Origin: Candidatus Bathyarchaeota archaeon
GTDB lineage: Archaea; Thermoproteota; Bathyarchaeia; Hecatellales; Hecatellaceae
Reading direction: 5' to 3'
NCBI GenBank assembly: GCA_052246995.1
Contig: JBQPWD010000004.1
Coordinates: 128,001-192,000, forward strand
Length of the DNA: 64,000 nucleotides
Part shown: one piece after another, positions 57,238 to 64,000 of the stretch
Position numbering within the stretch: position 1 is the first letter of the stretch
How the letters are laid out: each line of letters opens with the position of its first letter
Program-made: the position numbers and the translations under genes
The notes under the pieces: model-generated
Told to the model about the DNA's origin: nothing
Database searches by the model: none
Seen by the model: the letters and a program-made list of their open reading frames with translations, nothing else

Positions 57238-58998
57238 ATGTGTAACGGTGAGGAGATAGAAGAGCTTATTGAAAAATACGCATTGTTGAATGCTTATCTA
57301 CATGGGGGTAAAGCTAAACCTGAGAAGGTTCTTGGAAAGGTTTTAGGAGAGGCTCCTGAGTACCGTGGAAAGGTTAGGGATATTCTGGAGAAGGTTAATG
57401 TTAAAGTTGAAGAGGTAAATAGGTTAACTATTGATGAGCAAAAAAGGATTCTGGAAAGACGTTGGCCAGAGCTTTTAATGGAAGAGAAGGTTAAGGAGGA
57501 AAAACGTCTTCCACCACTACCTAACGTGGAAAAGTACAGTAAAATTGTAACAAGGTTTTCACCCAACCCTGACTGTGTTCTTCATCTTGGGTCTACAAGA
57601 GCAGCTATTTTATCTTGGTTTTATGCTAAAAAAATCTACAATGGGGAATTTTATCTTAGATTTGAGGATACGGATCCAAGGTTTAAACGACCAGCCCTAG
57701 AGTTTTATGACCTTATACGTGAAGACCTTACCTGGCTTGGATGTAAATGGGATAAGGAGTTTATTCAAAGTGATAGACTTGAAATCTACTATAGCTATGC
57801 TGAAAAGCTGATTAAGGATTGTTTTGCGTATGTTTGTACATGTAAACCTGAAAATTTTAAGGTTAAGGTTTTAGCTGGAGAGCCATGTCCATGTAGAAAT
57901 TTACCGGTTGAGGAGCATCTTTTAAGATGGGATAAAATGCTTGAAGGAGGCTTTAGTGAGGGTGACGCTGTAGTTAGGATTAAAACTGAGCTTAACCATC
58001 CAAACCCGGCAATAAGGGATTGGCCTGCTTTAAGAATTATTGATACTGGAAAGTATCCTCATCCTAGGGTTGGTGATAAGTATGTTGTTTGGCCTTTGTA
58101 TAATTTTTCATGTGGAATTGACGACCATCTTTTAGGAATAACTCACATCATTAGAGGGAAGGAGCATCTTACAAACGAGTTGAGGCAACACTATCTTTAC
58201 AGGTATCTTGGCTGGAGTTACCCTGAAGCTACTCATTATGGTAGGCTTAAAGTTACAGGTACAGTTTTAAGTAAATCAAAAATTAGGCTTGGAGTTGAGA
58301 AGGGTGTGTATGAAGGATATGATGACCCTAGGCTTGCAACATTAATAGCTTTAAGGCGTAGAGGATTTAAACCTGAAGCTATTGTTAATTTGATGATTGA
58401 TGTTGGGGTAAAACCTGTTGATGTAACAATTTCATGGGAAAACCTTTACGCGTTAAATAGGAAGATTGTGGATAAGGAGGCTAATAGGTACTTTTTTGTT
58501 TCAAACCCAATTTTGCTTGAAATTTCAGAGTTATTTTTAAGTAAAGATGAGGAATTTAAAGTTAAGCTTCATCTTCACCCAGATAACCCTGAACGGGGAT
58601 TTAGAGAATTAAAGGTCAAGGTATACGATGGAAAAGCAAGATTTTATGTTTCAAAGGAAGATTTAAGTGTACTTCAACCTGGAGGGGTTGTTAGACTTAT
58701 GGGTTTTATAAACGTTAAGGTTGAGGAGGTTAAAGAAGACAACGTTGTTAAAGCAACTTTCCATAGCAAGGGTTATGATGAAGCTAAAAAGTTGAAGACA
58801 CCTTTAATTCATTATCTTCCAGTAGATGAAAACTATCCTGCAAAAGTTGTGATGCCTAACGGTTTAAAAGTTGCTGGTTTAGTAGAACCAGCAGTTAAAA
58901 ACGTTAAGGTTGGAGAAGTTGTGCAGTTTGAAAGATTTGGCTTTGCCAGGGTTGAACGTGTGGATGATGAATTTCTTGCTATTTTTACTCATCGTTAG
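57238..58998 (+). CDS. gltX: Glutamyl-tRNA synthetase
   Basis: 'RFSPNP..LHLG', 'LRFEDTDP', 'LSKSK', 'DDPRLATL', 'QFERFGF'. Confidence 0.97.
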   Translation: MCNGEEIEELIEKYALLNAYLHGGKAKPEKVLGKVLGEAPEYRGKVRDILEKVNVKVEEVNRLTIDEQKRILERRWPELLMEEKVKEEKRLPPLPNVEKYSKIVTRFSPNPDCVLHLGSTRAAILSWFYAKKIYNGEFYLRFEDTDPRFKRPALEFYDLIREDLTWLGCKWDKEFIQSDRLEIYYSYAEKLIKDCFAYVCTCKPENFKVKVLAGEPCPCRNLPVEEHLLRWDKMLEGGFSEGDAVVRIKTELNHPNPAIRDWPALRIIDTGKYPHPRVGDKYVVWPLYNFSCGIDDHLLGITHIIRGKEHLTNELRQHYLYRYLGWSYPEATHYGRLKVTGTVLSKSKIRLGVEKGVYEGYDDPRLATLIALRRRGFKPEAIVNLMIDVGVKPVDVTISWENLYALNRKIVDKEANRYFFVSNPILLEISELFLSKDEEFKVKLHLHPDNPERGFRELKVKVYDGKARFYVSKEDLSVLQPGGVVRLMGFINVKVEEVKEDNVVKATFHSKGYDEAKKLKTPLIHYLPVDENYPAKVVMPNGLKVAGLVEPAVKNVKVGEVVQFERFGFARVERVDDEFLAIFTHR

Positions 58999-59036
58999 GA
59001 GAAAATTTTATATGTTCGGCTTTTACTTAAACCAGA

Positions 59037-59066
59037 ACGCATAGAATCTTATTGGGGGTGAGGCGT
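59037..59066 (+). promoter_or_regulatory. Candidate kink-turn in the rpl7ae 5' UTR, enclosing the SD
   Basis: ACGC/GCGU stem, AUA bulge, tandem G-A/A-G pairs, then AUCUU/GGGGU stem; TATA-like ttttatat at 59006-59013. Confidence 0.6.
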
Positions 59067-59441
59067 ACGCCTAAACCATTTTACGTAAGATTTGAAGTTC
59101 CTAAGGATGTTGCCGAATCTGCCTATGAAGCCCTCAGAATAGCAAGGGAAACAGGAAAAATTAAGCGGGGAACAAATGAAACAACAAAAAGTGTTGAAAG
59201 AGGTGTAGCTAAGCTGGTGCTTATAGCTGAGGATGTTGAACCACCTGAAATTGTTGCGCATCTACCGCTTTTATGTGAAGAGAGAAAGATACCGTATGTT
59301 TATGTTCCAAGCAAAGAAAAACTTGGTGAAGCTGCGGGAATAGAGGTTAAAGCTGCATCTGCAACAATTATTGAACCTGGTGAAGCTAAGGATTTAGTTG
59401 AGGAGATAATAAAGAAGGTTGAAGGTTTAAGGAAAAGTTAA
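59067..59441 (+). CDS. rpl7ae: 50S ribosomal protein L7Ae (probable ACG start at 59067; in-frame TTG 59052 and GTG 59058 lie just before and within the SD)
   Basis: '[10 protein letters not shown]', '[14 protein letters not shown]', '[13 protein letters not shown]'. Confidence 0.96.
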   Translation, partial: TPKPFYVRFEVPKDVAESAYEALRIARETGKIKRGTNETTKSVERGVAKLVLIAEDVEPPEIVAHLPLLCEERKIPYVYVPSKEKLGEAAGIEVKAASATIIEPGEAKDLVEEIIKKVEGLRKS

Positions 59442-59472
59442 AAATTAGAAAGGTTATGATTTAAAGTGTTTA

Positions 59473-59682
59473 ATGATGAGCCGTGAAGAACTTACGCCTG
59501 CGGAGGTTGTTGAAGTTGTTGGTAGAACTGGTGTTACTGGAGAGGTTATTCAGGTTAGGGTTAAAATTTTAAGTGGAAAAGAAAAAGGAAGGGTTATTAC
59601 AAGAAATGTACGTGGACCTGTACGTCTTGGGGATGTATTGATGTTACGTGAAACTGAAAGGGAGGCTAGAAAAATAGCTTAA
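59473..59682 (+). CDS. rps28e: 30S ribosomal protein S28e
   Basis: '[14 protein letters not shown]', 'RNVRGPVR', 'ETEREAR'. Confidence 0.97.
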   Translation: MMSREELTPAEVVEVVGRTGVTGEVIQVRVKILSGKEKGRVITRNVRGPVRLGDVLMLRETEREARKIA

Positions 59683-59688
59683 AACAGG

Positions 59689-59895
59689 TTGACGGTTTTG
59701 CCTAAACCTAGAATATGCTCTTTCTGCGGTAAAGAATACCCCCAAGGAATGGGTTTAATGTATGTTAAGAATAGTGGAGAAATTTTATGGTTTTGTTCAA
59801 GTAAGTGTAGAAAAAATTCTCTTAATCTTGGAAGAGATTCAAGAAAGCTTAAATGGACAGTTTACTATGGTAAAGAGGTAAAAGGTAAAGCTTAA
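59689..59895 (+). CDS. rpl24e: 50S ribosomal protein L24e (start possibly TTG 59698)
   Basis: 'CSFCG', 'FCSSKC', 'RKLKWT'. Confidence 0.96.
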   Translation: MTVLPKPRICSFCGKEYPQGMGLMYVKNSGEILWFCSSKCRKNSLNLGRDSRKLKWTVYYGKEVKGKA

Positions 59896-59983
59896 AATTA
59901 ATGTTTAATCTAAATTTAAACGTACGATTTTCCCTGTAAGTTGGTGAGAAAATATTTTTTAATGTTGAAGGAGGTCTTAGTTT

Positions 59984-60547
59984 TTGAGTAAAACCGAGAA
60001 AACTGTAGTAAAAGTTTGCGATATAATGAAAGCTCCAGTGGTAACTATTGGTGAAAATGTGTCTATAAGTGGCGTAGCTAAACTTATGGTTGAAAAAAAT
60101 GTTGGAAGTGTTGTTGTTGTTGATGTTGTAAAGAAGCCTGTTGGCATAATTACCGCCGCAGATATTGTTAAACGAGTTGTAGCGAAAAATGTTTTACCTT
60201 CAAAAGTTAAAAGTAGGGATGTTATGAGTAAGCCTGTTGTAACAATACCTCCTCAGGCAACGGTTAATGAAGCTGTTACAAGAATGAGAAACTTTGGTGT
60301 TAAAAGATTAGTGGTTATGGATAAAGGGGAAATTGTTGGGATGGTTTCAAGCTTGGAGATTTTAAACATAAAACCAAAACTTCTTGAAGTTACTCTGGAG
60401 AAGGCTAGGCTGGGTATTCTTCCAAGCAGGGTGGAAGGTGCACCACTAGCAGGTTACTGTGAAGTTTGTGGGCAATGGTCTGAGGCGCTTTCTGACTCTA
60501 ACGGAAAGCTTGTATGTGAGGAATGTATAAGTGAGGAGGAAGTTTAG
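59984..60547 (+). CDS. CBS-pair protein with C-terminal zinc ribbon
   Basis: Two CBS domains; CEVC...CEEC. Confidence 0.9.
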   Translation: MSKTEKTVVKVCDIMKAPVVTIGENVSISGVAKLMVEKNVGSVVVVDVVKKPVGIITAADIVKRVVAKNVLPSKVKSRDVMSKPVVTIPPQATVNEAVTRMRNFGVKRLVVMDKGEIVGMVSSLEILNIKPKLLEVTLEKARLGILPSRVEGAPLAGYCEVCGQWSEALSDSNGKLVCEECISEEEV

Positions 60548-60723
60548 GTTATTCGTATTTTGACTTATCTTTAACTTACTTAATTCATTATATAGTATTT
60601 TAATGGTTGTGTTAATTCCTAACTATATTAAGTTTAATTTAAAAAGACTTATAACCACCATCTACCATTAAAGAGTAGCCAAATTAGTTTAACATTGATG
60701 CGGGTAAAAGAGTATAGAAGAAA

Positions 60724-62007
60724 ATGGTGGATAAAGAGGTAAAGTTAAGGTTTCTTGGAGGAGTTGGCGAAGTTGGAAGGTCTTCCATAGCTTTAAGTAG
60801 TGGAGATACTACTGTTTTACTTGACTATGGTGTTCTTTTAAACCATGAGCCATCATTCCCCCTACATGTACAGCCAAAAAATATTGACGGAATACTTCTT
60901 ACCCATGCACACTTAGACCATAGTGGAGGTATACCTTTATTTTACCTTAGAGGAAAAATTCCACTTTACACTACCGAACTAACATTAAAGCTTTCAAGAG
61001 TGCTTATAAACGACTTAATAAAACTTTCAGGATATTTTCTTCCCTATGAAGGTTTAAACGTGAATGTTATGGAAAGATGCTTTACGCCTACAGGTTATGG
61101 TGAAAAGTTTAGGATTAAAGATTTAAGTTTTGAGTTTAAGGATGCAGGACATATTCCTGGAAGTGCTCAAATAGTTGTTAAGGTTGCAGAGGAAGACAAT
61201 GGTAAAACCATAGTTTACACTGGAGATATTAATTTAAGGGAAACAAAACTTTTAAACGCCGCAGAAATCCCCCGTGAGGAAATTTCATGCCTAATTTTGG
61301 AATCAACATATGCAACTGAAGACCACCCGCCAAGACGTGAGGTTGAGGAGGCTTTTGTTAAAAGGGTTAGAGAGGTTGTTGAGGGGGGTGGAACAGTTCT
61401 TATTCCAGCTTTTTCTGTTGGAAGGTCTCAAGAGGTTTTATGTGTTCTTGCTGAGCAAAATTTTAACTTTCCAATTGTTATGGATGGTATGGCTTTGGAG
61501 GTAAACAGAATTTTGCTTGAACATCATGAATATTTTAGGGATTATGAGCTTTTAAAGCATGCTTTAAACAATGTTGAATGGGTTGAAAGGTGGAAGGATA
61601 GGCGTTTAGCTGTTAAAAAACCATGTGTGATAATTTCTCCAGCGGGAATGCTTCAAGGTGGGGCTGCAGCTTTTTACGTTAAGGAGGTTGCAAAATTAAG
61701 TAGAAATGCCATTTTTCTTGTAAGTTTTCAAATACCTGGAACACCTGGAAGAAAGCTTCTTGAAGAAAAGAAGATGTTTTTTGGCGGAGGAAAAGTTAAT
61801 GTTGAAGCTGAAGTTGAAAAATTTGATTTTTCATCTCATGCTGGAGAAAGCGAACTTAAAGAGTTTTTAAAAAATGTTAAAGGAAATCCAACAGTTTTTC
61901 TTGTTCATGGAAGTAAGGAGAAATCTGAAAAACTTGCTGAATGGATAAAAACTGAACTTGGTATACCGGCTTATGTTCCATCAATTGGAGATGTTTTTAA
62001 AGTTTAA
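60724..62007 (+). CDS. Metallo-beta-lactamase/beta-CASP ribonuclease (aCPSF-like, no KH domains)
   Basis: 'GGVGEVGRS', THAHLDH, 'AGHIPGS', 'YTGD', 'ESTYA', 'FSSHA', 'VHG'. Confidence 0.92.
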   Translation: MVDKEVKLRFLGGVGEVGRSSIALSSGDTTVLLDYGVLLNHEPSFPLHVQPKNIDGILLTHAHLDHSGGIPLFYLRGKIPLYTTELTLKLSRVLINDLIKLSGYFLPYEGLNVNVMERCFTPTGYGEKFRIKDLSFEFKDAGHIPGSAQIVVKVAEEDNGKTIVYTGDINLRETKLLNAAEIPREEISCLILESTYATEDHPPRREVEEAFVKRVREVVEGGGTVLIPAFSVGRSQEVLCVLAEQNFNFPIVMDGMALEVNRILLEHHEYFRDYELLKHALNNVEWVERWKDRRLAVKKPCVIISPAGMLQGGAAAFYVKEVAKLSRNAIFLVSFQIPGTPGRKLLEEKKMFFGGGKVNVEAEVEKFDFSSHAGESELKEFLKNVKGNPTVFLVHGSKEKSEKLAEWIKTELGIPAYVPSIGDVFKV

Positions 62008-62034
62008 AATAATTTAATAAAAAAGAATTTGATT

Positions 62035-64000
62035 TTATAGTGGGAAGACTATTACAGACAGGGAAACAACTTTACTCAAGGCTCTAGGTTCAAGCCAGCT
62101 TTTCCAAACATAGATTTCAATTGTATGTATACCTGACTTTTCAGGTTGCCATTGGAGACCGTAAGTGTAGGATTGTTGAGCTGGAACGGTTCCTGAGATA
62201 AAGCTTAAGTAAACAACTCTTCCATCGGCATCCTTAACCTGTACAATGTAGAGGAGGCTTAAATCTTCGAAAGCATTGTTTGTAAGATTTGAAGATATAA
62301 CTATGGGTAGGTCTACGATAACTTTTCCAACAACCCTACCTTGAAAGTCAAGCAGTGTAGGTGTAGAAACATCTACTGGTGGAATCCCTGCGGCTAAACC
62401 TATTGTTGCTTTTGCAGTAACCTCAAGGAAGGGTATTGGTGTGTCTTTAACCCATCCTGGAACATCTGATGGACTTGGGTTTTTATCAACATATTTGGCT
62501 GTAACTATGTCTCCAACGTTAACCTTAAGTTTTGAACCGATACTTTCATCTGCAAACCTAACCTCTCCTTTAAATACCCCTGTGTTAGGGCCTGTTTCAG
62601 CTAAAACTATGCTTACACCTGCAAGGTCGGTTGATGAGAAAACGTTAACGTTGACAAATTCTATGGTTGTTGATTCCTCGTTTAAATCGGGGTCTACCAA
62701 TGTTATTATTGCTGTATCGTTAAACATGTAACTTGTTTTGTCAAAGCTTAATTTTGCTGTTGTCTGCTTAATTTGGGCTTTAGCTGTTACATGAATTTCT
62801 TTAACATTGTCCTCACCTATAGGGTCAATGTAGGTTACCACTATCCAATCGTCATGTGCAACATAGCATACACCACTTACAGGTGGTTGTTGAGCTTCAA
62901 GTATGGATTTAAGCTGGAAACTTCCTCTAAATATTCCAGTGTCTGGACCTGTTTCAATTAAAGGTTTATCAAGGTTTACCGGAATTGTTTGGGATGTGGA
63001 TTTTATGGTAACCTCTTCAACCCCAATGGATTCAGCAAAACTAGGATCCTTGTTTCTGTCAGGGTCTTTAACTTCAACTTCAACCACGCCGCTTAATGGG
63101 TAATATTGCTTGTTAAGTGTAATTTCCCCGGTTGTGGCTGAAACTTTAACTTTTTCAACCAGCCTAACACCATTACCATTAGCATCCTGCTCGTCATTAT
63201 ACCTGATTGTTATAGTGTCACCAGCATCGGCTTGAATGGTTCTGCCAAGCTTAACCTCACCGGTAAATATTCCACTGTTAGGCTCAGTTTCAACAAGCAC
63301 TATTTGTGTTTCTGTTGCACCTGGAAATGTTGATAAAACATCTACTCCACCCCAATCTCCAACATTCCCGGCAGGGATTACATCTTTAATGTATGGGTTT
63401 AGGTTCCAGTCTTCATCTCTTACAGTTACAGTTATTTTTCCACCGGGGTGAACAGTAATACTGCTAACTGACAGTATACCTGAATGAGTTCTTACGGGAG
63501 CTTTAACTGTAATGTTTAAAGGTTTACCTGACTCATCAAACTTGTCTAAATATTTAACCTCAACCATGTCTCCTGTTTTAACTGAGCTGCTAAGCCAATG
63601 TTTGGAGAAGAATACGCCAGTGTTGTTTCCAGTTTCAGTTAAGTTTAGCCATATAGGATAGGGTGCTCTGGCAGTTCCATCTGGCTTTAAAACGTTTATA
63701 AGCAATGTTTGGTTTGTTTCACGGTAAAAGTCTACAGCATCAACGTTTCTGTTTAAGTCAGGGTCTAAAACGTTTACTGTTACAAGTCCTCCATGTTCTG
63801 GAACAAGACAGCTAGTTGAGTGAACCCTACCTGGACTGTAAACAGGTTTATCAAGTGTAACATTTCCTCTGAAAGTTTTACATATAGCTGCCAAGACATG
63901 AGGTCTAGGACCACCATACTCGTCAATTCTTTCATTATAAACTAATGTTAAAGATGCACCTGGTGGAGCTTTAACTGTTGGTGTTGAACCGCTTTTTCCC
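62035..64000 (-). CDS. Large surface/S-layer-like protein, 5'-truncated by the window edge
   Basis: Frame open to the window end; repeated 'DPDLN...L.ETG.NTG.F.G' modules; C-terminal Ig-like 'YIVQVKD.DG.V...W.P...G...IEIYVW...P.ALS' domain typical of thaumarchaeal-type S-layer proteins. Confidence 0.8.
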   Translation of the reverse strand, partial: GKSGSTPTVKAPPGASLTLVYNERIDEYGGPRPHVLAAICKTFRGNVTLDKPVYSPGRVHSTSCLVPEHGGLVTVNVLDPDLNRNVDAVDFYRETNQTLLINVLKPDGTARAPYPIWLNLTETGNNTGVFFSKHWLSSSVKTGDMVEVKYLDKFDESGKPLNITVKAPVRTHSGILSVSSITVHPGGKITVTVRDEDWNLNPYIKDVIPAGNVGDWGGVDVLSTFPGATETQIVLVETEPNSGIFTGEVKLGRTIQADAGDTITIRYNDEQDANGNGVRLVEKVKVSATTGEITLNKQYYPLSGVVEVEVKDPDRNKDPSFAESIGVEEVTIKSTSQTIPVNLDKPLIETGPDTGIFRGSFQLKSILEAQQPPVSGVCYVAHDDWIVVTYIDPIGEDNVKEIHVTAKAQIKQTTAKLSFDKTSYMFNDTAIITLVDPDLNEESTTIEFVNVNVFSSTDLAGVSIVLAETGPNTGVFKGEVRFADESIGSKLKVNVGDIVTAKYVDKNPSPSDVPGWVKDTPIPFLEVTAKATIGLAAGIPPVDVSTPTLLDFQGRVVGKVIVDLPIVISSNLTNNAFEDLSLLYIVQVKDADGRVVYLSFISGTVPAQQSYTYGLQWQPEKSGIHTIEIYVWKSWLEPRALSKVVSLSVIVFPL

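Overview
AT-rich archaeal chromosomal segment, most likely TACK/Bathyarchaeia-like. That placement is inferred from the archaeal r-proteins L18e/L24e/L7Ae/S28e, an Fe-S-containing RpoD, a BHB-intron tRNA-Lys and a thaumarchaeal-style S-layer protein. The left part (1-30.5 kb) is accessory/metabolic: a coiled-coil repeat protein, an aminotransferase, a cNMP-CBS-DUF294 nucleotidyltransferase, a PhoU regulator, two GH130 genes, a MetF-like flavoprotein, a Ni/Co ECF transporter, a TRAP transporter and tatAC. It also holds the most striking locus: an operon for a membrane-bound group 4 [NiFe]-hydrogenase led by hdrB and an Fe-S-less hdrC remnant, set head-to-head with an orphan lipoyl-carrier (GcvH-like) / CCG / LUD-ferredoxin operon. 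This is a candidate H2- and ion-gradient-coupled lipoyl-disulfide oxidoreductase. The right part is mostly core genes (eno, rpoN, rpoD, r-proteins, pheA/tyrA, pyrBI, sufCB, fni, gltX, beta-CASP nuclease, S-layer), interleaved with acyl-CoA metabolism genes. A second notable signal is start-codon usage: UUG starts are very common, and two r-protein genes (rpl13, rpl7ae) appear to start at ACG right after strong Shine-Dalgarno motifs. The rpl7ae leader can also fold into a K-turn. No CRISPR array, rRNA or transposase was seen. All product calls come from motif recognition, not database searches.
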